DNA of 64,000 bases, taken from the NCBI RefSeq assembly GCF_009914755.1, contig NC_060928.1. One strand, 5' to 3'. Both the position numbers and the translations under genes were made by a program. Source of the DNA: the human T2T-CHM13v2.0 reference genome, Homo sapiens. The notes beneath the pieces are model-generated. The model did not search any database and had not been told where the DNA came from. It saw only the letters and a list, made by a program, of their open reading frames with translations. Shown piece after piece: positions 24,601-43,415 of this stretch; the first letter of the stretch is position 1; each line of letters begins with the position of its first letter.

Positions 24601-26474
24601 AAACTGGCTCTTGCCTACTTGACACTAAGTGTTAGATACTTTTATTTTGAGGACGATATTGTTGGAAAGTTGCTTATAAGGCTTGTAATATAATTGAGAG
24701 GGTACTGGCTTTGCAATTCAAAGTCCTTATTTTCTCTCCTACCACTTATGAGTTCTACTATCATGTTATTTTCAATTTAACACCTTTAAGAAGTAACACA
24801 TTGCAGAAACTGTTAAAAGGTTAGGCAGAAATTAAAAATTAGGCAAAATGATGACTGCATGTCTTTTTAGGTTAAAATGAAGTCTTAACAGGTCCATCTA
24901 ATACTTAATTGTTAAGGAAAAGTGCCTTTTATTCACTTTCTATTTACCATTAGTTTGGAATCAGACTTTCTAAAGTATCATAATACTTTATCAATTTGTG
25001 TCTGGTAGAGATACCAATTATTTCTATGCAGTGCATTACACAATCCCAAAAGTTATAGTTTCATTGTCTTATAATCCTATTAACTAAATTTGTATCTAAA
25101 TTACTGATCTGTCTTTAGAATTCTTTTTTTCAGTATCTTTATATACCTAATCTACTAAACATTTCTTTTGAACCAAAGTACCATTATGCAGTTTCAGTCA
25201 TTCATTTATTATCTAAATGTTTCCCATGGTCACTCTATATTTGTGTCAGAGTCATATTTATAAGGTTTTGAAAAATATAGTTTGATGAAAACTATCAATA
25301 AATCTTGAAACTGCTGTGGAGAGATTTTTTCCTCGCCATTTTTCTAAGGTTTAGGGTTTGGGGTTTGTTTTGGTTTGGTTTTCTTACAATTTCCAAATTG
25401 TGGGGAAGCTACTACTTTTTTGTAGTCATAAAGGATTTTACTTAAAATATACTTTTAGCATGGATCCCAATGTATTATGGATCATTTGTATTAGAGGGTA
25501 ATATTTGTTCCCTATTCTTGATTTCTCTAGAGAGATGTGGAGATATTTTCACTGGAATGTTTCATCTCTGTCCTCGTCTCCTTACTCATGATGCCTATGA
25601 AAACATAAAGAGACATGTTCTGACTCGTAAGTTTGGGGAAAAGTAACAGGTTATACATGTTTCCTCCAGGGACATGTTATCCCTCACTACATGAAAAGCA
25701 AACCCAACCCATGTCCAGGGATTGGTTGTAAAAGCCTATTTAATTCTCACAGAAGTCTTTTTAATACTGCTGTCTTTATCAGTGATAAAGGAGACATTCT
25801 GGCCTTCATTCTATATTTCTTCATTTATCACCTGTTCAGAATTATGACAGGAAAACTATTAATTATATTGGGTGACCTCCTTCAGAATCTCCACCATTTT
25901 GTAATTATCTATGCATAAAATATCACCTCCCATGAAAAGAATAATAAGGTACAGCTACAGTGTTCTCTTTCACTTATTTTGTTGTAAGTCTCAGAATAAA
26001 CTACCTGAGTATTTCCTCAGAAAACCAAATCAAATTAAATTCGATGTGTATGAAAATCATATTATTATATCTATAATAAATAGTTACTTTAAAGAAGGTT
26101 TCTTTGGAAAGGAAATGAGATTTTAAAATTCTTTAAAATTTTAAATTTTAAAGACTCTCCATGAGGCTATCCTTTACCTAATTTTAGGCCCAATATTTAC
26201 TATAACAGTCACTGACTTGAAGTACATAAAAAACAATTTCACAGGGAAAATTCAAAAGCAGCTCATTCTTATTTAGTCTGTGGTAGAGTTTTATCTGAAC
26301 AAGAAGGTTTTCTGTTTCTTTAGTGGTTTCCAAAAAGGTTTCAACAAATAGATGAAGTGATGTTAAAAGTAGGGAAGCCAGGACTATAGATTTATATATA
26401 GCCAGGTTGAAGTTTTTCCTTCAGCATGTCAAGGTAGTTTTCTTTTTGTTTTTCACATAGTGGTACTTTATTAT

Positions 26475-27187
26475 TTTTTTTGGCTCATATTAGATATATT
26501 TATGTGTACAAATTTATGGATAGATTGCATAATTAATAAGGCAGAGCTTTAAGGGTATCTATTACCCAAATAATGCACATTGTACCAATTAACTCATTTC
26601 TCACCATCCACCTCGTTCCCACCTTTGCATCATTTTGAGACTCCATTCTATATCATTCCACTCTTTATGTCCATCTATGTGTATACATATTTTAGCACCC
26701 ATTTATGAATGAGAACATGTGATATTTGACTTTCTGTGCCTGACTTGTTTCACTTAAAATAATGATCTCCAGTTCCATCTTTGTTCCTTCAAAGGACATG
26801 ATTTTATGCCTTCTTATGGCTGAATAATATTCCATTGTGTATATATATATGTGTGATATTTTCTTTATCATTGATCCGTTGATGGACACAGGCTTATTCC
26901 GTATCTTTGCTATTTTGAATAGTGCTACAATAAAGATGAGTGCAGGTATCTTTTCGATATACTGATTTCCTCTGGGCGTGTACCCAGTAGAGAGACTGCA
27001 AGATTGAATGGTAGTTCCATTTTTAGTTATCTGAGAAATCTCCATATCGTTTTCCATAGAGGCTGTACTAATTTATATTCTCACCAAGAGTGTATGAGTT
27101 CCTTTTTCTCTGCATCCTCTCCAACATCTGTTATTTTTTGTCTTTTTAATAATAGCCGTTCTGACTGGAGTAAGATGATAACTCATC
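26475..27187 (-). mobile_element. L1PB4/L1MA-type 5'-truncated 3' end
   Basis: ORF 26692-27057(-) has ORF2 C-terminal similarity (IYTMEYYSAI..ELEIIILSE), followed by 3' UTR. Confidence 0.88.
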
Positions 27188-27364
27188 AGCATATGAAGTT
27201 TTGCAAAGTGCTATCATTATGCCTTCAAAGAAACTGTTTAAAGCTCCAAATATACCCTGATAAAAGACACACTCATTACTGACATTATGTAAGTTTTCCA
27301 TTTATCCTAGAGTTCCATATATTGGATACATTACATTAATAGCATATTAGAGTAGCACAATACA

Positions 27365-27550
27365 ATATCAGCAAAACTTATTGTGAGTTTACTGTGTAGC
27401 AGCCTGGGATAAGTACTGAGAGTGTATTTAATTCTCACCTTAAATCTATGCATCAAGCACAGTTATCATCCCTATTTTAAAATGTGTATCCCAGGAAATA
27501 GGGAAGTTAAGCAATTTGTCCAAAGTTGAACAGATGTAAAGGCCTACACA
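27365..27550 (-). mobile_element. MIR fragment
   Basis: tttaattctcac..atccctattttaaaatg..gaagttaagcaatttgtccaaagt. Confidence 0.65.
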
Positions 27551-27619
27551 GCTTCTCAATTCATATATTTTTAAGTGAAAAATGGTTGCCCTTAATAATG
27601 ACACTATTCTAGTTTCCTT

Positions 27620-28048
27620 GTATAAATTCCACTAGAGTAAAGGCCTAGTATCACAAACATCTGAAGGAAACTGTCACACTCCACAACTTCCCCAGTGGCT
27701 GCTGAAGGATCCAAGTAATCCAAGTGACAACCCTCCAGGGGAGTCAATTAAATTAAGGTAAATTTTGACCAGGGAAGGACAGGAGATAGAAGAAAAATAG
27801 CAGATAAATTCTCTTTTCTTCCATACAGTATGTCTAAAGACATCCACTGTGTCTTGGTAATCAAACATTCTTGTCCTAAATCTGTGGACAGTTTTGTAAC
27901 TGGTTCTTTGTGTTTGTACTGTCTTCTTCCCTGCCTCACACTCCTATTTTCCTCACTCATGTTTCCCTGGCATTTCACTTTTCAGTAAAACGTAAGCACC
28001 TCGTTGTCTGGCTCATGTTTTGTCATTTCTAGGCAACTTAATAAAACA
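27620..28048 (+). mobile_element. Ancient ERVL LTR (LTR33/LTR16-like)
   Basis: cttccctgcctcacactcc..tcctcactcatgtttccctggg..agtaaaa..tttctaggcaac has an ERVL LTR 3' layout. Confidence 0.5.
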
Positions 28049-30451
28049 ACACTTCATACTTCATATGCTACCTGTCTCATACAATACTGTAACAGAATTC
28101 AATAACCTATCATAATATGACTTCTAAAAAGCGTTTGTTTATATGTATACACGTCAATGCACACAATGTAGAAACTCAAGATATTTGTTGAATGAGTGAG
28201 TATTCACCCACATACACTTAAATACAACACATAATATAATGGATAGAAAGTTATAATACTAATACATAAGCTAATATTAATTTAGTTTTTATGTGTTTTC
28301 TATATTTGAGAGTGTAAATTAGCCACGTAATGCAATCTAATCTTTTTGGCATGACTACGAGGGAGTTATAAATAATAATTCCACCATTTTATAATTTTTA
28401 AAAGACACTTTAAATAAATTATGCAATTCTGCATATTATACATCTCATTTGCAAAATAACATTCGGTCACCAATGAAATGGGCCTTAATTTTACTCTCTC
28501 TCATTATATCCTGCTTTATTTTGCCTTTACTAAAGCCATAATTATTTACAAAGATATTTCCTTGCCTTCTAGAAAGCTCTATGTTTATATGGCTTCAAAT
28601 TAGATTGCTAGATGCAAAATTGTAGAATGGCAAAGAAGGTAAAGAATTTTTTAAAATTAGCAAATTTAGCAAAGAAGCAATTCATGAATATTTTTGAAAT
28701 GATATTGTCTTATTTTGTAGAAACTGTACAATTACTATAGCCATGGTTTTCATTCCTTTTATAACAATTCAGAGGGATTCCCGATGTCAACAAGGAGTCA
28801 TCTTATACTCAGAAAAAAAGAAAGTATATTCATAATTTTCAAAATAACCCACTTTATACTTTTTTTTATTCTACATGTATTTTGTGTGGATGAAGAAGAG
28901 GTGTCTTCTATAAATTTTATCTTACTGCGGTAAGAACACTTAACATGAGATCTACCCTATTACCAAGTTTTAAGTATACAATACATTGTGGTTGACTACA
29001 GGTACAATATTGTATTAGCATATATCTAAAGCTTATTCATCTTGCTTAACTGAAAGTTTATACACATTGATTAGTAACTTTCAATTTTCCCTTGCCCCAG
29101 CCACTGGTCACCATCATTCTGACTTGATATTATGAATTTGACATTTTAGATACCTCATGAAAGTGGAATCATGCAATATTTACCTTTCTGTGACTGGTTT
29201 AGTTCACTTAGCATAATGTCCTGAAGTTTCATCTACATTGTCACATATTGCAGAATTTCTTTCTTTCTTAAGGATGAACAGTATTCTGTTGTATATATGT
29301 AACACATTTTCTTCACCTATTCATCTATTGAGAGATATCTAGGTTGTTTCCACATCTTGGCTATTGGGAATGCTGCTGCAATAAACACAGGAGTGCTGAT
29401 ATTTCTTGAGAATCATAATTTCAAGTCATGGATAAATATGCAAAGTAAGACTGCTGAATATGGTAGTTCTATTTTTAATTTTTGAATAACTCCATTCTGT
29501 TTTCCACAGCAGCTGAATAATTTTGCATTCCCACTAACAGTGTACAAGATTCTAGTTTCTCCACATCCTCATCGGCTCTCGGAGTCTTTTTGTTTTTTTG
29601 ATAATAGCCATCGTGACAGTTGTAAGGTGATATTTTGTTATGGTTTTGATTTGTATTAACCTGATGACTAGTGATATTGAGTATTTTTTCATATACCCAT
29701 TAGCCATTTGTATGCCTTCTTTGCATAAATGTCTATTCAAGATCTAGCCGATTGTTTGAGATATTATTTTTTGGTATTAAATTGTAGGGGTTTCTTATAC
29801 ATTTTGGATATTTACCTCTTGTTAAATATATAATTTTCAAATACTTTCTCTCATTTTGTAGGTTGACTCTTGACTCTGTTGATTGTTTACATAGCTTTGG
29901 GGAAGTTTTTTAGTTTGATGTAGTCCAATTTGTTTATTTTTGTTTTAGTTGTCATATCCATGAAATTACTGCCAAGACCAATGTCATGAAGCCTCTCTCC
30001 TATGTTTTCTTCTAGGAGTTCTGTAGTTTCAGATGTTGTGAACAAGTCTTTAATTCAACTTGAGTTGATTTTTGTGTATTCTGTAAGATAGGAGTCACAT
30101 TTTATTCTATTGCCTGTGAAAATACAGTTTTCTCAGCACCATCTGTTGAGGAGATAAGACTTTTATTACTGTGAATTCTTGCCACTCTTGTCAAAGATTA
30201 TAAACTTATATGTGTGAATTTATTTTTGTACTCTATTCTGTTCCATTTGTTTATACCTGTCTTTATGCCAGTGCCATACTGTTTTTATTACTGTAGTTTT
30301 ATATATCTTAAAATCAGGAAGTGTGATGTCTCCAACTTCGTTCTTTCTCGAAATTGGTTTGGCTCTGTTGTCTTTTGTGGATTCATGTGAATTGAATAGT
30401 AGCTGTTTCTAATTTAATAAAAATGTTATTGGGGTTTTGAAGGAAACTGTA

Positions 30452-30766
30452 GGCCAGGTGCAGTGGCTAATGCCTGTAATCCCAGCACTTTGGGAGGCCG
30501 AGGCAGGCGGATCACAAGGTCAGGAGATTGAGACCATCCTGGCTAACACGGTGAAACCCCACCTCTACTAAAAATACAAAAAAAAAAAACAAAAAAAAAA
30601 ACTAGCCAGACGAAGTGGCGGGTGCCTATAGTCCCAGCTACTCAGGAGGCTAACGCAGGAGAATGGCGTGAACCCAGGAGGCGACACTTTCAGTGAGCCG
30701 AGATGGCACCACTGGACTCCAGCCTGGGTGACAGACAGAGGCTCTGTCTCAAAAAAAGAAAAAAGT
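30452..30766 (+). mobile_element. AluY element
   Basis: accatcctggctaacacggtgaaacccc and ggagaatggcgtgaaccc diagnostics. TSD gaaggaaactgta/gaaagaaactgta. Confidence 0.93.
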
Positions 30767-32920
30767 GAAAGAAACTGTATTGAATCTGTGGATCTCTTTG
30801 GATGGTTGGACATTCTTAACTATATAACAGCTTCAATCCATGAAAATGTAATGTCTATTTTTGTGTCTTCTTTAATTTATTTCATTAATGTTTTCCAATT
30901 TTTAGTAAGTTTTTCACTTCTAATTGAGTGTATTTCTGGGTTTTTAATTCTTTTTATGTTATTATAAATGAGATTGTTTTCCTAATTTCCTTTTAAGATA
31001 GTTTGTTGCTTGTGTATAGAAATCCCACTATATTTGTATGTTGATTTTATATTATATATCTTTAATGAATTTGTTTATTAATTTTAACAGGTTTTTAAAA
31101 TTGTTAATGGAGTCTTCAGGGTTTTCTTTACATAAGATCATGACAACTGCAAACAGGAACAATTTTACTTCCTCTACAATTTGGTGGCCTTTTGTCTCCT
31201 TTTCTTGCCTAATTATTTTGACTAGGACTTCTAGAACTGTGTTGAATGTAAATAGCAAGGGTGCACATCTTTGCCTTGTTCTTGAGTTTGGTGTAAAAGT
31301 TTTCAAATTTCACAGTTGAATATAATGTTGACTGTGTGCTTTTCATATATGTCCTCTATTATTTTGAGGTAATTCATTGTTCATTTATAATTTGATGAGA
31401 ATTTTTATTATGAAAAGGTGTTGAAATATCTTTTTCTGCATCTATAGACACAGTTATGTGATTTTTATATTTTATTGTGTTGATGTGATGATTAATCACA
31501 TGGCATGCTTGTATGCTAGGGATAAGTCCCACTTGGTCATGTCATATAATTCTTTTAATGTGTGGTTGGATTTTGCTTACTAGTATGTTATTGAGGGTTT
31601 TTGCATCTATTTACATCACAGTATTAATCAGTTTTATTTTTTAATCTTGTGATGTATTTGTCTGACTTTGGTATGAGAAAAATGCTGGCCTTATAAAGTG
31701 ACTTTAGAAGTGTTTCCTCCTCTTTGCTTTTTGAAGAGGTTGAGAAGAATTGGCATTAATTTTTCTTTATATGTTTGGTAGAATTCACTAGGGAAGCCAT
31801 CTGGTCCTGGGATTTTCTTTGTCGGAAGGCTCTTAAATACAGTGTCAATCGTGGTACTGGTTACAGATCTTTTCAGACTTTCTGTTTTTTCATGATTTAG
31901 AATGGTTTAGATAGGTTTTTAGGAATTTATGTATTTCTTCTAGGTTATCCAGTTTGTTAACATATGATTGGTAATAGTATTTTATGATCCTTTTTATATC
32001 TGTGGTATCAGTTGTAATGTTTCCTGTTTCATTTCTGCTTCTAATTATTTGAAGCATCTCTCTAATTTTTAAATTAGTTAAGGGCTGGCTAAAGGCTGCC
32101 CATTTTATTTATTTTTTCGAAGCAGCACCTCTTGGTTTTATTGATTTTTTCTATCATTTTTCTATTTTATTAACTTTTGCACTAATCTTTATTATTACCT
32201 TTATTCTACTAACTTTGATCTTAGTTTCTTCTTTTTCTAGTTCCCTGTGTGAAGTTAGGTTATTTATTTGAAATCTTTTATTTTTTAATGTAGGTATTTA
32301 CTGCAATAAACTTCTCTGTTAGTACTTACTGCTTTTTCTATATTCCATAACTTTTGTTATGTTGTTTTTATGTTATTGTTTGTCCTGAGGTATTTCTTAT
32401 TTTATTTTTATTTCCTTTTTAACCAGTGGTTGTCTAAGCGCATGTTAGCTTTCACATATTTGCATATTTTCCAGTTTGCCATCCACTACTGATTTCAGGT
32501 TTTACACCACTCTGGTTAGTAGAGATATGTGGTATAATTTCAATGTTAAGCTTGTTAAGACTTGTTTTGTGACCTAATAATTATATATCCTGGAAAAAAT
32601 CCCATTTACACCTGGGAAGAATGTGAATTCTGCTGCTGTTGAGTGGAATGTTTTAAATATTTCTGTTAGATCAATTAGGTCTAAAGTTTTGTTTAAATCC
32701 TCTGTTTTCTTATTGGTCTTCTGTCTGGATGTCCTATTCATTATTGGGAATAGAATATTAAAGTCTCCTAGTAGTTTGTTGTATTGTTGTCTATTCCTCT
32801 CTTCAATTCTGCCAATTTTTGCTTTATATATTTAGGTTCTCCAGTGTTGAAGGCATATATATTTATAATTGTTATATTTTCCTTGTGGATTTGCCTTTTA
32901 TCATTATATAATATCCTTTA

Positions 32921-33280
<360 letters not shown>

Positions 33281-33485
33281 TGAGTAAAGATACTCCTCCT
33301 CTCTTTTGGTTACTATTTGCATTGAATGTATGTTTTCATCTTTTCACTTTCAGTCTTTCAATACTGTTGGATTTTTTGTTTGCTTTATGCATTCAGCCAC
33401 TTTCTGTCTTAATTAGGGTATTTAGTACATTTGCATTTAATATGATTATTGATAAGACAAGATTTACTATTTCTATTCTGTTCAT

Positions 33486-37822
<4,337 letters not shown>

Positions 37823-37824
37823 AA

Positions 37825-39430
37825 AAATTCTGCATACATTTCAGAAAGAATACTTGTCTTCTGTTAATGAACAGAACATTCTGTAAATCTCAGGTAGGAC
37901 AACTTGTTTGACAATATTATTTACAAGCTCTAAATTCTTACCATTTATTAGTTTTTTTTTCTACCAGTTATTGAGAGGGGGAAATTGAAACAGTAAATAT
38001 AAGCAAATACTGTAATCTTGTATTTGCTTCTTTCTCTTTGATGCTTTATCAGTTTTTGCTTCACGTATTTGGAAGCTCCAATATTAGGTGTATAAATGAT
38101 GAGGATTATATGTACCTTTGATGAATTCATTATTATCATTAATTTCTTTTTTAGTTCTATCTTGTGTAAGATTTTAATATAGCCACTGTTACTTTTCTTT
38201 GCTTCACTTTAGAATGTTCTTTCATGTTTTCACTTTTAATGTACATGTCTTTTTATAGAAAATATGCTTTACAGACTATATGCCGCCCCCAGCAAATAGT
38301 TGGGTCTTGCTTTTCTATCCAATCTGACAATGTCTGTCTTTTAATTGGTGTGAATGTGTGTGTGTAAAGTGTGTGTATATAAAAATATGTATATATTTAT
38401 TTTATATATTTTAAAAATATACATATATGTGATATATTTCGAAATATGTATTTTAAATATACATATACATAATTTGTATATATTTTAAAATGTATACATA
38501 TATGAATATATAAATATATAGACACACTATATAGACACAAAAACCAATATATATAAATATAAATATATATATACACATTCATTTACTTATGTATTCATTT
38601 ATTTATTTATTATGGTAACTGTTATGCTTTGGTTGAAGTATATCATCTTGAAATTGTTTTCTATTCACCTTATCTGTTCTGTCTACCTTTCTTTTCTTTT
38701 TTGATCTTTTTTCATCTTAATTGGCTATATATCATGATTATATTAAATCTCCTTGGTTGGCTTACTATCTATAATACATTGCTTAATTTATGGTTACTTA
38801 ACATTCATGGTATATATCTCTAACTTACTGCAATCTACCTTCATGTGGTATTGTACCACTTCACGTATAAAAACGATGCTTACAATAATAGTATACTTTT
38901 ATTTTTCCCCTCCTGGCATCTGTGCTACTATTGTCATACTTTTAAACTTTAACATATTTTATAAACACTATACTTCTATTTTTAATAGCTAATTATATTT
39001 TGAAAATATTTCATTAAAAAATCTATTTAGTTACCTTGTAGTTGTCATCTGATTTTTTTTATTCCTATGTGTAGATTCAGCTTTTTATCTATCTTTTTCC
39101 TTGTGTCCGAGGGACTCCTCTTTACATTTCTTACAGTACAGTTCTGCTGGTCATGAATTCCTTCAGCTTTTGTGCATCTCAAAATGTATTTATTTTGTCT
39201 TCAATTTTTTGGACAATATTTTACCAGGAGAAAATTCTAGGCTAACAGAATTCTTCGTTCCGTAGTTTAAAGATGTTATCCGCTGTCTTTTCACTTTCAT
39301 GCTTTCTGCTAAAAATTTCTCTTAGTAATTTGATTATGCCACTGTGCAATTTGATTATGATGGTCCTTGGTGAAGTGTTCTTCATTTTTCCTCTGCTTGC
39401 TATTAACTGAATTTACATTTGTAGATTTAT
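37825..39430 (-). mobile_element. Older L1M fragment (ORF2 endonuclease region and upstream sequence)
   Basis: ORF 37948-38139(-) IYTPNIGASKYVKQKL resembles the L1 endonuclease domain; antisense L1 motifs continue to ~39.4 kb. Confidence 0.7.
38352..38612. repeat. TG/TA-rich low-complexity tract
   Basis: Degenerate (TG)n, (TA)n and (ATTT)n runs. Confidence 0.85.
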
Positions 39431-41217
39431 ATAATAGTTTGCATTTAATATGTTGTCAGTAAGTCTACATGAATTATTGATCTCTAGGGCTTGTGAATCT
39501 CTCAGCCTTTGACATGTAGATAACAGATAATGAATCATGCAAGATTTTCACTTTCTTTCAAAAGTTAATTTATTGATTTTAATTAATTTATTGAAGGGTT
39601 AGTCTCAGATTTAATCCCTTATTCAAAGGGCTTTCCACCACATTCACTGAGGAAAAAAACACAATTTTATATCTCCACCAGGCCCCATGTTTTAGCCATT
39701 CCATTACTGCATTAGAGCACTATGAGATTTATCAGGTTCACCTGTACACTTTTAATGCATGTAATTTTATGCTTGCAATTCAGTCAATATTTCTATACCT
39801 TCTTCCTACGGAATTGCTGTGATCTAAGAAACGTCATACACAGTTTAGGGTCAATGTCAGACCTCAAGGTAGAGTGACATTTGAGTCTGTGCAAAACCCA
39901 AATGAATCCAAATTTAGATCCTTTATAGATATCTTCTTGAGAGTTCAAGAGATAATTTATTAGTCATATTGAGCATTTAGAAGTTTAGGCAGAACTTGGC
40001 TTGCTTGCAGCTTATAGTAAGCAGTTAATGTTTTGTCAATTAATGTCTAAAGTGCCTATAAATACACATTCAATATATTGATCTAAATCACCACTACAAG
40101 TCCACTGGACAGATGGGTACGTGGATTATAAGTAGGTCTGCTAAGATATCACCCTTTCTAAGTCTCTCTGAATATGTTTATCATAAATTTGTATCATTCT
40201 ATTCTCATTATGAAATCAAGTCACCTAAGACTTCTAAGAAAAAGGTTTTGTTAGTCTAGTTCCAGTTACTATAACCATCAGAAGATAATAAAATCGAATA
40301 CCTATAAAATTCTTGCCATTATTGTTTTAATTTTTTCTGACAGGCTTTAGATGTGAGATTTTGGTATATGATAATTCTAACGCCTCTGTCATCTAGGAAA
40401 TATAAAGTGATTTAACTGTATTTGTATACCCTTTCTGGCAAATAAATCACATTGTGCATTTTTATTGTTTGGAACTAGAATGATGTTATTATTCATCTTC
40501 TCTTAGAATCTCTGACATTTGTTCTACCATGTAAAATAATACTTTTAAAATAATTTAAAACAAATTTACCGTCAACTGTCTTTGTGGCAGGAACTTATAT
40601 AGATTGATTTATGGAAATTGTAGAGATTTCTTTAGAGAATATATCTGACCTTTACTTGTCATTGCTTCAGTGAATATTTTACTGTTGCTTCTTGTTCCTT
40701 TGCAAGAGTGAGAAATGGTATTTTTTAAAGTAAAGAAAAATGTCAAAGTAAGAGGCTGAGGCAATATATCTTAAACATCTTTCTTTTTGACCCTAGTTAC
40801 CACAGCCCTATTTTTAAGACGAGTTTGAAAAACTAGCCCATGCTACTTCAAATAGAAAATACATTGTCAGTTTAATTCCTATGCATCTGTTTGAAACATA
40901 CATTTAATTGGTAACGCCTAAATGTAATTAGTGAATTAAATGCCCTGAATTGTCTGGAGCAATACAAACAGGCATTTAGGCATTTATAGATTTACATATT
41001 TGAACAAGACAAATTCATAGCTGTTAACTACTTTTATGATACACATACACTTTAAATACTATATTTAAAATATGAATATTAGACTCTTAAGCACATTCAA
41101 AGAAAATATAAGAGAAAGTAGTCATTGTGTACATTTACACGTCCTGACCCTAACCCTAGTCTAACATACTCAGGTTTGATTCTAAGAAGAGAGAACAAAT
41201 TATAAATAATAGTATGT

Positions 41218-41401
41218 GTCTAGGCATGGTGGCTTGTGCCTTCAATCTCAGCCACTCAAGAGTCAAAGGGGGGAAGATTGCTTCAGACTAGGAGTTCAAG
41301 GCTGCAGGGTGAGTTATGATTGTGCCACCGCACTCCAGCCTGGGGAACAGAAAGAGACTCTGTCTCTAAAAATGGCAACAAAAAGATATAAAAAATAAAA
41401 A
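41218..41401 (+). mobile_element. FAM/FRAM-type free Alu monomer
   Basis: Single diverged right-arm-like monomer ggagttcaaggctgcag..ttatgattgtgccaccgcactccagcctggg with an A-rich tail. Confidence 0.8.
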
Positions 41402-41535
41402 TGAACAATATGTGGAATATACTCACAGAAATGTATATCTAGGAATAAATAATCTAATTCTGCTTGTTTACATCTTTTACCCTTATCATTTTATAAAATC
41501 ACATCCTCAGACATAGGAATTGTCAATCGAAATAA

Positions 41536-41877
<342 letters not shown>

Positions 41878-41929
41878 CCAGAAATTGAATTTCTTATTAA
41901 AACAAGGAAACTAATAAACTAACAAAACA

Positions 41930-42652
41930 GGTAAAGCTCCCTTATCCCCCTGGCAGGGAGTGTGCCAGGGGGAGTGGCTCACTGTTTCAGTGCTCTGCTG
42001 CTCAAACCTCTAGGGGGAGCATCCAGACAGGCAGGTTGTGGGGCTCCAACCCCATGGCAGCATCTAGGGGTGAATGCTTACAGCTACTGACGCCCCAGTG
42101 TGCCTGTGTTACAGTGTGCTCTTTTAGTTTTGCCGTTTGTAGGTCGCTTGTGTTAATCAGCTCAGTTAGACCCTCTGCTTTATTGCAAAAATGGAGGGCT
42201 AATTGTATCCTGGGTTTTTGCCTTGGTGTACTGAAAAAATCAGATCACGTCAGGCTTGGAAAACGCGTGCAAAGTTTCAGTAAATGGTGGAAGTAGGTCT
42301 CAGCAGATGGATAGGGAGCCAGAAAGGGATGGAGTGGGAAGGTCATTTTCTCCTGGAGTCCAGCTGCTGCAGCTCCACTCTCCTCCAACCACCCAGGCCA
42401 GATACCCCTCGACATTCAGGTCGTGCCACAGGTCGATGGCCTGCAGCATCTGCTGGCACCTATCGGTGTGTTCTTCTGCTCTTCTCAACATCCATCTGTG
42501 TGCTCTTCTGCTGGTGTGTTCCTCTCAACATCCAGCCACCTGTGTCTGTGCCCGCTAGGGTCTCAGGGGTTTTTATAGGCACAGGATGGGGGCGGGGTGG
42601 GCCAAGGTGGTCTTTGGAAAATGTAACATTTGGGCACGGAAACAGAAATGAT
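41930..42652 (-). mobile_element. ERV1 fragment, MER52/LTR27/LTR28-group LTR part plus adjacent leader
   Basis: GC-richer block with ctgctcaaacctctaggggga, ttgccttggtgtactgaaaaaatcagatcac and ggggtttttataggcacaggatgggg, recalled from this LTR group. Exact subfamily uncertain. Confidence 0.65.
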
Positions 42653-43415
42653 TGAAAATCCTTTATTTATTTCTCTTGGCTGATTGCCCTGGCCAGAACT
42701 TCCAATATTGGTTCCTTGTGGTAGGTTCTTGGTCTCACTGACTTCAAGAATGAAGCTGCTGACCCTGGTGGTGAGTGTTACAGTTTTTAAAGGTGGTGTG
42801 TCCAGAGTTTGTTCCTTCAGATGTTCAGATGTGTCTGGAGTTTCTTCCTTCCAGTGGGTTCATGGTCTCGCCTGACTTCAGGAGTGAAGCTGCAGACCTT
42901 CACAGTGAGTGTTACAGCTCACAAAAATAGTGTAGACCCAAAGAGTGAGCAGCATCAAGTTTTATTCTGAAGAGCAAAAGAACAAAGCTTCCACAGCATG
43001 GAAGGGAACCCGAGCGGGTTGCCACTGCTGGCTCGCCACTGCTGGCTCCGGTGGCCAGCTTTTATTCTCTTATTTGGCCCCGCCCAGATGCTGTTGATTG
43101 GTCCATTTTACAGAGTGCTGATTGGTGCATTTTTACAGGGTGCTGATTGGTGCGTTTACAAAACTTTAGCTAGACACAGAGCGCTGATTGGTGCATTTAC
43201 AATCCTTTAGCTAGACAGAAAAGTTCTCCAAGTCCCCACCTAACCCAGAAGCCCAGCTAGCTTCACCTCTCAATACTATATTGAATAGGAGTGGTGAGAG
43301 AGGGCATCCTTGTCTTGTGCTGGTTTTCAAAGGGGATGCTTCCAGTTTTTGCCCATTCAGTATGATATTGGCTGTTGGTTTGTCATAAACAGCTCTTATT
43401 ATTTTGAGATACATA
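42653..43415 (-). mobile_element. Short internal L1PA ORF2 fragment (~200 bp) split by an LTR12
   Basis: tgattgccctggccagaacttcca|atactatattgaataggagtggtgagagagggcatcc is continuous once the LTR is removed; translation [15 protein letters not shown]. Confidence 0.9.
42707..43272 (-). mobile_element. Short-type LTR12 solo LTR
   Basis: Ends cccagctagcttcacctctca (reverse complement of TGAGAGGTGAAGC..); CCAAT repeats at 43090-43200; R-U5 at 42707-43000. Confidence 0.95.

Noticed and set aside
25347-25382. Telomere-like ttaggg/ggttt run (also ccctaaccct at ~41147)
   Set aside because: Only one canonical hexamer is present in each, consistent with chance low complexity.
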